A DNA stretch of 64,000 nucleotides from Lingula anatina (Eukaryota > Animalia > Brachiopoda), in the NCBI GenBank assembly GCA_051362555.1, contig CM120644.1, forward strand, positions 21,102,534 to 21,166,533, written 5' to 3'. Numbering within the stretch: the stretch's first letter is position 1; every line of letters begins with the position of its first letter. The translations under genes and the position numbers were made by a program. A model generated the notes under the pieces. That model worked only from the letters and a program-made list of their open reading frames with translations, made no database searches and had not been told where the DNA came from. Positions 23,335 through 36,160 of the stretch are shown here, piece after piece.

Positions 23335-24243
23335 CGAGCTTTGATGACAAGACTCTGTAACTATGTTCCCCTTAACATATTCTGTAATAAAAGACATGAC
23401 CTAATAATGTTAATTCCTGGCACTTTAAGTCATACAAGTACATACACAGAGTAAGTAATTATTCTGCTCATAAAGTCAACATATAATGGCAGTTTTCCAG
23501 GGCAGAATACTCTGCTTTGTTGTGTGTGATCTTTGGCTCACACTTACAGTGTCTGAGGTCATGCTGGATTAGCTTTCATGTCTTGGTCCAATGGTAGACA
23601 CTTCAATGAAGTCTGAAATACTGGTTACTTAGACAACATATTATTTAAGAAACATACCTGGCTAATTCTCACTATTCATATTAACTTATCTTAACCTGAG
23701 AGAAAATATCAGTTAACTAAATTAAATTACTGAAAGTGATATATTTGAGGGACCCAAGAACAATATCTTTTGTCCATCAATTATGTTAAAACATTCATTA
23801 CTGCTTACTAGGTGATATACTATGTAACAATGTATTTCCCTTGACTCAGGCTAAGACAAAGAATGAACCAGGAGAAAGCCCTGATGAGCTTGGTGTGTGT
23901 TAACAATGTAAAAGCACTAGACAACTGATTTAGTAACCTAAGTGAGAACAACATAGGAAAAGCCACACCACATGGTACAACCAACGACCTGAATATTAAT
24001 TCTTCAACTGCCAACTACTACAGGTAACAGTACAAGAAAATAAAATCCAACTTATCTAAATGTTATTAATTTTTTGGCTCAACTGTACACAGTTATATAA
24101 TTTAAATATAAACCTATTCCATAACTATATTTTTTTCTTTGGCTTAATCTGTATCACTGAATGCTATTCACAACCTATTACCGTGCAAAACATTTGCATT
24201 CTTTACTACAATATACATATTTGCGGGTAAAAATTCACTGTAA

Positions 24244-24457
24244 GGCTCTGTTCTCACAACTTTTAGATCGATCTATCACCGCGGGGAGTCTCACTAGATT
24301 ACTGTCAGATAATCCGCCTTAAGTGTCCGTCCCCGCCTACTACAAGCTGCAAGTGGTGATTAACTTTCGTGTCCGCCCGGCTGACAGCTATTTAGCGTGA
24401 ACCCCCAGGGAGTTAGGTCGATCCAATGTAGGTCGATCTAATCTATGAGAATGGGGT
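24244..24457. mobile_element. Degenerate MITE (possibly Harbinger-like)
   Basis: TTCTCA..TTAGATCGATCTA at the left end is mirrored by TAGGTCGATCTAA..TGAGAA at the right end; TAA lies near both flanks. Confidence 0.5.
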
Positions 24458-24595
24458 AAGTCATTCAGTAGAGAATGCTGTGATTGTGGTAGTGTCTTGA
24501 CAACAAGCAACAACACATGAAAACTTATAAATAATATCATCATTCATCTTGCTGCCATTTAAATAATTGGTGTGCTGGATATATTGAACACCAGC

Positions 24596-24703
<108 letters not shown>

Positions 24704-25747
24704 GAGGGAGCCTACCTCCTTCACACAGCTGCATCACCACCCACAGTTCATCTTTGACCACAAATGAAGTGTAATAAGACACCACATTCTCGTGATGACA
24801 CTGGCTCATGGCTTGAATTTCTATCTACAAATAAAACAAAACAATTAAAAATGAACAATCTCCACACTGCTAAATTATCCCTGACTAGTCCTAACAGTTT
24901 TGGGATAACAATACAGGATAACTGGCATAAATATAGACACCTTAGACAAAAAATCCTGAATGATCCTGCAAACAATCTGATCATGTTGGTTTTTTTTTTT
25001 TTTTTTTTAACCTGCATATTTATTTTATTATTAAAAGCACTTAGGTTGGTAGATTTTAAGTAAAACAAAAGTGCAGTAAAAAACATGCACTTCTAGCGTG
25101 AAAGTTGCATAAATGAATAAGAATTAAAAAAAACAAAGAAGAAACAAAAACCTTCAAACCTTAAAACTAGACAGCAAAGCTGGCAAATATACAGACACCG
25201 TACAAGAGACAAGTATTTATCGTTAATGTCAAGCAATCATGCCAATTTTCAAAAGCAGCCTGCCTCATTACCAAACAAAGCCACTCAGTAAATTTAAAGT
25301 AAAACAAAAATATGGCTTGGCAGTTATGGAACGAACAAAATATAGGGTACATACTAAAAAGCTGATTATACAGTCTTTTGAACTCAACTTGCTGTTTGAC
25401 TTAAGAAAAGCTGTAAATTTATAATTAATAAATTGGCTGAAAAATGAAACACATTCCATGGTTAAAACTGGAAATGTATTTCAGACTAACTGAGACAAAT
25501 CCAGGGTTTTGCAAGGGTGATGGTGGGGAGATATACTACATGTAGTAGACAGGTGTTTGCCTCACTTTGAAACTGAAGATGTTAAATGCAGTAGGCTGAA
25601 GATGAGGCTGCCATGAACTCACCAGAAGCTCCACAGTGGTGCTGGCCTTCTCCAGGTTGATCCTCTTGAAGGCACATTTCTAGTTCTTTGGTGTACACAG
25701 GGCAGCCTGTACCACAGCAGTGTCCAGTCTGGGCAAAATTTGATTAT

Positions 25748-25808
25748 ATATATCACTAAACTACAGCAGTAGCCCCAGCACCTACAGAACAGAGATTATA
25801 TAGGGCCT

Positions 25809-25877
<69 letters not shown>

Positions 25878-26001
25878 TATATTATATCACTAAACCCCCG
25901 CACCTACAGGAGAACAGAGATCATATATGTATTACATATACTAAACTACAGCTGTGACCCCAGCACCTACAGGTAACAGAGACCATTCATATCACTAAAC
26001 C
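25748..26001 (-). repeat. Three or four diverged tandem copies of the kinase exon acceptor region, with a (TA)n run
   Basis: TATCACTAAAC(TACAGC..)CCCCAGCACCTACAG..AACAGAGA recurs at ~25750, ~25885 and ~25940, plus a partial copy at ~25990. Confidence 0.8.
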
Positions 26002-26068
26002 AGTCAATCGGCCTGCCATTTATGTGTCGGGTCTTCCGCCATATTGCCAAGGAGAGCCACATGCAAAC

Positions 26069-26211
26069 GGGGCCGTAGCGATAGTCCGAAGGTTCATTGG
26101 TCCGAATGTTCACTATAGAACCTCCGGACCAATGAACCCTTGATTAAAAAATCGATGAAAATGTTACCACTTTTCGGACCAATGAACCTTCGAACTATCG
26201 AGACGCCCCCC
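26069..26211. mobile_element. Short MITE with subterminal repeats
   Basis: GGGGCCGTAGCGATAGTCCGAAGGTTCATTGGTCCGAA is mirrored by TTCGGACCAATGAACCTTCGAACTATCGAGACGCCCC; an extra internal CGGACCAATGAACC is present. Confidence 0.8.
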
Positions 26212-26351
26212 ATACATGTAGCCTACATGTATCCATACATATTAATTACCTAATTACTTATTTTCCTTTTATACTGTCCTGTTTTCTTGAAAAATACCGC
26301 TTCCTATGTTAACTTGCGACTGGACTTCTTTTTTCTAGTGTATAGGGAGAC

Positions 26352-26352
<1 letters not shown>

Positions 26353-26404
<52 letters not shown>

Positions 26405-26414
26405 AGGAGAGAGA
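26353..26414. repeat. (TG)n(GA)n microsatellite
   Basis: Direct observation. Confidence 0.95.
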
Positions 26415-29337
26415 TCTCAGTCCTTAGGGCCTACTCCTAATTCGTGTAAGAACGCAGAATATCCATAAAACTTACATAAAGCCACCTCAACTGACAAAGT
26501 TGGGTATTTATTTCTTTATAACCTTCCCCCTCAAATTTGAAGTCTGACTGCTCTTTCAATTTATCTGCATTTTTATTGCCAAAAAGTTGGTCTTATATTA
26601 AAATAATTATTCAAGAGCGCTTTTAATAAAAAAAACATCCACAATCGACCACACGCTTTTATAAAAAATCCATATCGACCAATGAGTGGACGAATTTCTT
26701 GTGAATGTTTAAAGTGTGTGCTGCATTGTTTTGTATTTCAGAAAATTTTCCACCTGAATATGAGAAAACCCTCTTAGGGAAAGTGAAGGTCCATTTTTTC
26801 CTTAGTGGTCCAGTCATGTTTTATCGTGCAATTTTAGTTGCCTATTACTTTCAGCTGTTGCTGTTGCATTTGTATTTAATTGTGAAATGTCACGGTTAAT
26901 TGAAAGCATTTTTTTTTTTTTTTTTTTTTTGCATTAACTCAATAAGCAATGTCCCCTTGTTTCATTGCACTGTTGCTTCTAATTTATGAAAAAGTAACTA
27001 CGAGGTAAAAAAAAAAATGGCCACTTGTAAAGTGACCGTAGCCTACAATGCTAAGGAAGTGTCGGACGTTAAAAAGTTTTACTTTAGCTCTGAGTCGAAA
27101 TAAACGATTTTCGCACCTAAAAGTAATTTTGTTTAAGAGATTTAAAAATCTATTTTCATAGGCTTTTGATACATGTATAATACATGTATGGGGCATCAAA
27201 CTGAAGCTTCCCCTTGACTCAGGGCAAGTTAGACCATCAATCGAGTCATACATGTATTACTCACAAACCTTTGCGTGCAACAGAGCTAGAGACCATTGAT
27301 GAAATGAACTGAATGGTTTAAAACTGAATTTGTTACTTTCTTTTCAAACGAAAATTTATTATTCGTTTTCATTCATTAAAAACCTGCTTTATACCATTAT
27401 TAATTTATTATTAATTAAAAAAAAAATTATTGATAGATATTTGGTTCTTGCAACACGTAGCCCCCCCCTACAACGTGACGTACGGAAACTTCAATAAATC
27501 TGCCTCATTTAAACTATTTATTCATCAAAGACTCTCAAAAATTAATTTTATAAATTAAAAATGTATAAAAATGTATTTCAAGGCGTTTACATGGGATACT
27601 TACAATGTACTTCAATTTCGTGTAGGGGGCCAACTTGCCCCGACCCTTGGCCCCTCTGACGTCAACTGCGTTTTTTGTCAAATTGTGAGGCATCTGGCAT
27701 TATATTTGAAAAATAATGACGTTGCATACGTAGCTTAGTTCATGGGGCTTACTTTGAAACCGGTTTTGTTACTCTAACTCATTCCTAGTTGGCTCTACAA
27801 GGCCAAAAGTGTCTAACTGGGCCAACTACCCCCGGTCTCCCCTACTACGTCGTCCACACTTTACTGCTGTGAAATAATCTAACCAAGATATTCATAAAGG
27901 CATGATGATGGGGATGCGTGCCTTACATAACAAGCTCATGAGAGCTGTTTACAGTAACATTTTTTTTACTAATGCTCAACACGGGGACACGTCTCACTTT
28001 CAGTATAGCAAAAGATTATAACAAAAACTTATAAAATATCTATTTTCAACTACATCAGGGATTTTGATGAACATGAATGTAGTACCTTTAATTGAAAAAT
28101 GTGAAGATTTTGCAAGCAATTGAAATTGTCCAAATTTCACAAATGAAGATGGAAGTATCAAATCACAGTTTTTTTTTTCTTTCGTTCGGCACACTCACTG
28201 TAAGAGCAATTGCGATCATAGCGGATATGATTGACGTTTGTTTATATAACCCGTCAATCAAGCTGTTAGTACTTGACAGCAACTATCAAAACTAGTAATT
28301 TAAGAAGTGCCTGTCTTGTTCAGTTCATAACTACTGTTAGATCCGCTTTTGATATTCAGTAGTTTGGGTTGGGCCTTAGAAATTAATTAATTTTACGTGT
28401 ATTATACATGTATATTTTTTTACCTTCCTTCTCAAAGTTCTTCTTATATAGAAAGTGATAACAAGCACACAATGATTTTTAACTTGTTTTCGGAAGACCT
28501 GACAGTGAAATAATGCACCACGTGGTGAAAATGGGAGAGCTCAAATTCCGAATTCGAAAAAAAACTTAGATCTTAGATCTGACAGACATTAGTCGTAAGT
28601 CGCCAAATATGTCGCTTTCGCAAGTACTTCGAAAACAAACTTACCAAAAAAAAACGGAGCAAATTTTGTTTTCAATATGGACCGGACTTTTTTAATCATG
28701 CATGGAAGGGCAAGGAATAGATCAACACTAAAAGGTCAACAGTAACAGTGGAGAATTCAGCACTAACAGCATCGATGTACCATCTTCATCTTTCTCTGTC
28801 CAAGTCTCTCTGTCTCATCTAGCACATTTCTATGTCTTTATTGGAAAGCGTCGCAATCAGAGTCACCTCCAGTCAACCTCTCGTCTTGCTAAATGAGACA
28901 TCTCCTGGTAAGGAAATCAGCAGTGTAACGTCTCTAAAACGCTCAAGTAAAATATTTAAAAGACTTTTTAAAACACACTGATGTGACGGTAGACCGTTAC
29001 CAAGACATTCTTCAGACTGTCTGCTTGTTACCTCAGGCACGCCCGGGCAATTGACCTTTATAAAAAAAGCGTTGTTCAGACGTTTGAGAAAATCCATTAA
29101 GAGACGCCACTCCCACTTTTTCTACCTGTATTACAAGTACCACCCGGCAAAGAGGTACATGTGATGTTCACTATTGCGACTCACGGGTAGATGTTGCATA
29201 CATGCAATCATAATAAATTTTGATTATGATTTATTTATTTATTTTTATTCATTAAAATGCACATTCAATTTAGATACATTTCAATGCACTAGACGGGTAT
29301 ATAACATAAAATTCCTAAAAAAAATCATACAAACTAA

Positions 29338-30407
29338 GGCCACACTTTTTTATTTTTATGGATGACATCCTCTGGGGACCCCAAAGTCGGTGCGAGCGGG
29401 CGAAAAAAAAAAACGGTCCAAAAAAAAAAAAAAAAATGCTTAAGAAATGTTATGTTTTCAGTACACAGCTGGAAACACTAAATTACCACAGTAACACGTA
29501 TCAAACTAACAACATGTCTTTATCCATGCTCTCAAAATATTAAAGCATTGTGAATAGGGCCTACTTCGTAGAAAGGTAAAAAGTCATGAATATATATATG
29601 CTGCATATTACCAAATCTATTTAAGGTTATTTCATGCATTCTGTTGGTATAGCAATCAATAAAACAAATATCAAATAAACTGTCTTTATTTGTAGGCCTA
29701 CTCTCAGAAAATTAAAGCAGTGTAAACACTTCACAGAATTATTTAAAAAATGAAGCAAAGATAGGCCTATGCTTCCTACTACCAAAGCTAAAAAAGTAAT
29801 TTCGGTCGATGCCATTTTGTCTACTTCGACTCACACGTAGCAACCAACTATTGGGTGGCCTGTCCGACCTTCAGTCCACCAAATACCACGACGCTCTTGT
29901 CGACCCTTTTTTTCGCTACAAAAAAACCTGGTAGGCCTATGTGCTGCTTTGGACAGAATGTCACTGAAATTTTCCGGGCGCGGCCAGCCTTTCGTATAAT
30001 TGTAAAAGGGTGATATCTTCATGTCCAACATCAATGGCAAACCAATCCAAAACGACGGCCCCCGTTCTCTTTATGACTTTAATTGTCGTGTATTTTGAAA
30101 TTAATGCTAGAGATGAATTTGACGGCAAAGCTGCCATATTTCCACGTGGTGATAATACGCATGCGCAGAAAGCTCATTTTCCGCACTCGGAACTACTCGG
30201 ATGTCTCCGCAGTCGACAATGACAGTATGGAGCTTGCGGAATTAGCCGAGGATTGCCGATTGCATTTTCCGACAAATTCAATAACGACGTTTGCGACAAC
30301 CGACTTCCTTGGGGGGGGGGGGATTTTTTTTTTTTTTTTTTTTTGGAGAACGGACGAAAATCGGTGCGCGCGCAGGATGTCATCCATAAAAATAAAAAAG
30401 TGTGGCC
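29338..30407. mobile_element. 1.07-kb non-autonomous DNA transposon, PIF/Harbinger-like
   Basis: Perfect 34-bp TIR GGCCACACTTTTTTATTTTTATGGATGACATCCT / AGGATGTCATCCATAAAAATAAAAAAGTGTGGCC, flanked by TAA on both sides; no transposase ORF. Confidence 0.88.
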
Positions 30408-31178
30408 TAAATTTGAAATTTGTAAAACATAATTTTCTCTCCCACTAAAGGGCGAAACATTACGAATAACAAACACTTTTAAAGCTTAATATTCCTAATT
30501 AAAAAACTTAATAAAGAAACAGAGCCCATCATCAAACTAGCTCTAAATGTCATCTTTAGCTAGGTCGGTCACAGGGGTGACATCACAGACATTCTCTCTG
30601 CGGTCACCGTGTACTTCAAGGTGACATCAACGGTGGAGCCCGGTACATTTATAGGGTCCTCCTCCTCCCATCCAGAATAACGAGCTAAGAATAACATACA
30701 TTAACAGGTGAAATGAGGCAAAACCAAGTAATTTTTTTCTAAATTATCTTCGTCTATTGTATGTTTGCCAAGGAAGTGGATACGATACTCCCTTGGTAAC
30801 AAAAATGTAACCCACCTCCCCCCCCCCAAATATATATAAACTCTAATAAATTCTAATTTATTTTACGAATTACGAGAATTGGCGTAGATATATAGGAAAA
30901 AAGTAAATGTTTAATTAAGTCTAATTTGTCTACGTAAAAAGAGAAAAGAATGGAAAATTCCCTATGCCCGTTAATTAGTGTCCATCTTCCCCGCACATTT
31001 GACGTTGATATTTTGCTAGTGGTCCCTCGACTCGAGTACTGAGACTTTCTATGAGCTCGTGTGTTTGTTAGTCCTCACTGATAGACTTGATGGTGGCGCA
31101 GTGGTAAACCTCAGTTCTGACCCGGTAACTTGGGGTTGATGCTCACAGAGAGCATTATTTAGACTGTCTTGTAAGTAG

Positions 31179-31180
<2 letters not shown>

Positions 31181-31247
<67 letters not shown>
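31181..31247. repeat. (GT)n(GA)n microsatellite
   Basis: Direct observation. Confidence 0.95.
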
Positions 31248-31251
<4 letters not shown>

Positions 31252-32829
31252 TGTTTGATATAAGTGCAAGGTCGTGTGTGGAGTTTTTATTGTGATCAAA
31301 ATTTGATCCCACGATGACGGCGTTTCTCTCACGGCCAAGGTGGTCTGGTACTGCCTCACCGTGTTTTGGTCAAAATTTACAGAATTGTCTCTCACAGTGT
31401 CGCCGCAGGCCTTATAAAGGAAGTTTCCGTTTATTATCTTTTTAATTTGAGCCGCATGTTTGGGATTAGTTAAATCCACTTTTTGAAAATAACACGATTC
31501 AGGGCTGAGGAGGTGTTTTCACAGCACCCCTTGTTGCAGGAGCAGAATAATAAAGTATATACAGTATTATTTTATAGGTCTAAGTTACATGTGGGATTCA
31601 TAGATACAATGTTTCTTCATGATGGAGATTCCAGTGAACGGACAGTTGTAAAGAAGTAATTATCTTTCGGTACAAGTGTCTCGTCCCATTGCGCGGAGTT
31701 AAAAAAACTGTCAGTGCGAAACAATTTGCTCAGTTAAAAATTATTGAAAATAATTCATGATCGAGAAAAAAAACCTGCATGTTACATGTAACAGCCAGAG
31801 ACCAGGATGAAAGCCGGCCAAATCGTTTGCAGTTTATAATGCTGTGCTGGCAACAAGATTTATTCGAATTATTCGAATTAATTCTGCGATCATAAATCCG
31901 CAATTCCAAGTCACAAACGGCAATTACCGAGGAAATTAAGGACGTGTCAATAACAGAAATCGATTTTCATGGATTTTGTTTTGTTAGACACTATTGAATA
32001 CGATATTTTTGTTTGTTTTTTTTTTCATGTATATAATATAGTTATATATTATATATTAACTGTTGTATATTCTTTTAAAGTTTCCATATAATATTTATTT
32101 ATTTATTTATTATTTTTAATGGGTGTAGCCAGTAATATACACTTAATAGCCGCAGTGTGTAATAAATTTAAGTTATACGACACGTGTTTTTTTACACCAG
32201 TATCCATAACAAGACCCGAGACATCTATTCAAAGGAGAAAAATTTAAAATCGAGTGTGAGAAATGTAATTCTCGAGAGGCTATATACCGTGGCTATATAC
32301 AGTGGATGTGTGTGAGTGTTCATTGGTATTTGTGTGTGCGATGTTGTATTGTTCTCATGAAACTAAAAAAATTAAATCTGAACAATCTGCTTTGTCTCCG
32401 ACTGCAGCAAAGGATGGTTTTTCCTCCAGATGGCGCTATAATTTTGAATTTTTATATATCTTGAGAATTGTGTTCCTAAGTACTTGTAACTATTTTATAT
32501 AAAGTCTACAGAGCATTTTAAATGGATTTAGACTTATAATAAGCATACAATTTTAATATATTAAAGAATATATTAGAGTAACGTCTGCTGGTCAAACATG
32601 TCAAAAACTGCTCAGTGGACCATGTATGGACAACCAGTGACCTACATAATGGCGTGACATTTTGGGGAGGGTAAGGGTCTGGGATTTTGTTCTTCTTGCA
32701 TATGTCAAAATATTTTAATTACTAATGGGTCCTGTTTATTTTTATTGTGATTAATACTAAATGGTATTCTTCATCTGTCAGTTATTGATGAGTACTGAAT
32801 AAAAAAAAAACACTTCATCCTGCCCCCCT

Positions 32830-35800
32830 CCCCCATGAAACTAATGGACCGTACAATCGAGAAAGAGATGTCACTTCTTCAGTTCTCAGTGACCAGGGAG
32901 TGGATATGAAGCAACCAAGAAACTAAGTATATGGATATTTAAATTTCAACCGATTCAGATCATCATTTTATGAAATTTAATTTTAGCATTTCATAATGAC
33001 TTATTTGTGACTCATTTTGGAAAAGTATTTGAACGCGTGCATGCTTTAAAGTGGTTTAGGCCATTCCCCAATATTTTCCCCACGTAAAATTTCGCTTCCA
33101 CCATAATTTCATCTATGCATGTCCCTAGAATTGAAAAAGACAGTTTTGCTTTTTTGATAACTATATAAAACTTGTATAGTTTGTAGAAAATAATGACAGT
33201 CAATATTTCTATTTGAGAAATAATCAAGAAGGGGATAATACTGTGGAGTGGCCCTTGAAAAATCCTAGTTATTGTGACCTGTTTGTCACTGTATTCAGTG
33301 TCAGCATAGAGACGAAAGTTTAGCATATCAACATTTAGATACTCATACTCAGTAGAAAGGTATGTGTTGGGGCTCTTGTATCTCAAAACTGCCAGATCGT
33401 TTTACACGGTAACACTTGCAGTAATATAGGTTATCATCTTGACGTTAAGTAGGTCAATGTGGTGCCACGCTTGTAAAACGAGAGAAAAAGTATCGATATT
33501 ACGCACAGTTTTTAGTGTTAACAAGTTTGAATGACATTTAAATTTAAAGATCTAGACAATTGCTTAATTCATTAACTGAAATGAATAATGCCTCTCGCGC
33601 ATTTTGAATAAATTAATTATGAAAATATTTGCATCATGAAACAAGTAGACAAACTGAAGGCTTAATAGTTGGTACACGGAGGCTACAATGAAATATTCTT
33701 CTTTGCCATAAAAACGGTCGGTGCTTGTGAAAAATGTTTTTAAAAATGCGAGGGAAGGATTATTCATCCCAGTTTTATCTCTAGATTTTCTGAAAACAAA
33801 GGCAATAATTCAAATGAGAATACAATCCGTTAAAATGTGCGAGGTTAATCATTAGTTATAAATAAAGATAAAATATATTTTGACGGTTTTAAGCTCAAAG
33901 CAAGATTTTCCAGCAATTTCGCCAAGATATATCCTATCCAAAACTAGTGAGAAAATTGCAAACGTAAAGTCCGTTTTTGAATTATTTAATATATCATTTT
34001 AAATATTTCTGATTTTTTCCCTTCATGGGTGAAAATCATCAATCTCTATCTCCATTACGAGAGTAACTGAAAAACTTTTAGCTCAGAACTGCTATAGCGT
34101 AGAAGTGGATATGGTCTACCATGCTCACATGATTCTATTTTAAGGTGCATAGGGTAGAAATAAATTTATTTCATTATTTATATCAATTTATTCAACAGAA
34201 GTGTAATTTTATTACGAGTTATTGACCAAACATGAAACCGAAAGATTTATATCAAATTTTATATACAGATACTAGATGTATTATATACGGACACTATATG
34301 TTTTAAGTACAGATACTGAATTTTATCCAGTTATTTATTTTATTCAAATTTGCTGAGTGACTTATGTTAATAAGGGGGGTTTCTGTTGAAAATCGGCATG
34401 ACCGGATAATTTTTACGAAAGTTGCTGTATTTCATTATTTATTTTATATTTTTCTAAGTGTCTAATCTGGTGTGAATATGTATGCATGTACAATATGAAA
34501 CGTTTTATGCTTATATATAACTAAAATTTGTAACGTTAATTTGCTGAACAAATCTTTGTATTGCGTTAAGATGAAGAGGCTATTTATGTAATTGAAAGTT
34601 GTCATTTTTTCTAAATTTTGCTGTTTTCTTACCAGCATCTTCCATTTCATCAACCAGGTGGCGCAGAATATTAGTAAATTGTTTATATTCTTGCATTTAG
34701 AAAAATGAATATTATAACAGTTTCACACCGTTTGTAACAAGATTTCCTTTTTGGAAATAGATGAAGGGAATATTGTGATATGCCCATCGGATTTTTACCC
34801 AGATTTCATACCTGTACATGTTGCATATGTTTTTATAATATATAAGTAGAGAGAGAGAGAGAGTGAGATAGACTGTTCGGAGATTTTGTAGATATTGAAA
34901 TACTTTGTTTAGTATCAATAAGATCAACCATAAGTACAAGTAATTGAGTTCATAGTTTATTAATCAAATCGAATATGGAAAAGTTTGTGTCTTTTACATT
35001 TTCAAATAAAGCAGATATCAATTATTTTGTTCTACATAGTCAACGCTTGTAATGATGAACATATTCTGCAAAGACAATGTAGTTCAACAGGGAGATGCTT
35101 TAGAAATACATGAATACTTAATGTGTATATGTTTTGCTCTCAATAAAAAACTTCTCAAATATATGCAAAATGTCTTTGTATTTTCATTTGTAACTACACG
35201 ACTCAGCGGTAAAGTCCGAGTTTGGGGGTTCGATTCCTGGCTAGGGTACTTGGAAATAAGAGGGACTTATAATTTGTTTTTCTTTTGGTTACTATAAGAA
35301 GAAAGTCTACCCGGGGAGGGTGGGTGGGAACAGTTAGAGGAGTAGGTAACGCGCTTGCCTCTGAGACAGAAGGTCGCCAGTTCGATTCCTGGCATTCCTG
35401 GGTCCCAGCAAATTACCTTTTGCAAAATAAAATCAAATAAGTACTTTGGATAACTACAAGAGGACCATACGATTTATTAAAAACTATCAGAGTCGATAGC
35501 TCACTCGGTAAGACGACAGGCTCATGGGCTCTACGCCAAGCACGACTATGTGGAAAGCAGAAAGCCATGGGTTCGAGTTGAGCTGAAGGTAACGACAATA
35601 ATAAACACAATATTGGCATTTTGCATAATTTGAAAAGTAAATAAACGTTATTAAAATTTTACATCTTACACAGGATTTCAACTGAAAATTGTATTTTTTT
35701 TAATCTATACATAGCATTACAAATTTTAATTTTAAAAAATACAAATCGAGCTTAAAACAACTACCACTATTTCCAACTAAAACACATAGGTGATTCTATG

Positions 35801-36160
35801 CATTTTGAAATTAGCTGCTCAAACGACTAATTCTTTTGATTTTTTTTCTTGAAAAATGTTACGGTGTACATAATACTAAGAAGAACATAAAATTCCCAGG
35901 GTTTTACCCAGAAATAATAAATAAATGAGAAGACTGACCGTGTAATACAGTAAACTTTTGTTCAAAAGTGACACCAGTGTAATTGTCTTATAAATGATTG
36001 CAAATTTCACGGAGGAACATTTTATCCAAATGCAGTGGCATCTACGATATCAAAAATTCAAAATGCATAGGATCTCTTCTACGTATTACCTCTACAAGCA
36101 CTCATGCACTTGGGACTACACACCTTATTCTATGTCATCATGCTGATTATCGCACGCAAC
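32830..36160 (+). repeat. Old dispersed duplication, copy 1 (collinear with ~58935-62010)
   Basis: Shared blocks in the same order at ~26.1-kb offset: AGAAAGAGATGTCACTTCTTC..GTGACCAGGGAGTGGAT, the tRNA-like cassette, AACTAAAACA..GATTCTATGCATTTTGAA, AAAATTCAA.ATGCATAG, CTATGTC.TC.TGCTGAT. Confidence 0.75.
35293..35421 (+). ncRNA. tRNA-Met-derived Pol III-like cassette (pseudo-tRNA, SINE head or small RNA gene), copy 1
   Basis: TATA at 35293, A-box TAGAGGAGTAGG at 35335, B-box AGTTCGATTCC at 35379 with tRNA spacing, and TTTT at 35418-35421. GTTAG...AGTAGGTA.CGCG...GAAGGTCG..AGTTCGAT resembles elongator tRNA-Met, but the anticodon and acceptor stems do not pair. Confidence 0.55.

Noticed and set aside
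23345-23510. Two adjacent hairpins as a possible H/ACA snoRNA
   Set aside because: No ANANNA hinge or terminal ACA box in the required positions on either strand.
27215-27846. Possible DNA-transposon relic ending CCCCGGTCTCCCCTAC
   Set aside because: Only one convincing terminus; the partner TIR and TSD could not be established.
31159-31479. 106-aa minus-strand ORF (MDLTNPKH...)
   Set aside because: Non-ATG start, runs into a microsatellite, and has no recognisable motif or supported splice sites.
35335-35400. Functional tRNA gene
   Set aside because: A and B boxes are present, but the anticodon and acceptor stems do not pair and the anticodon position differs between the two copies.
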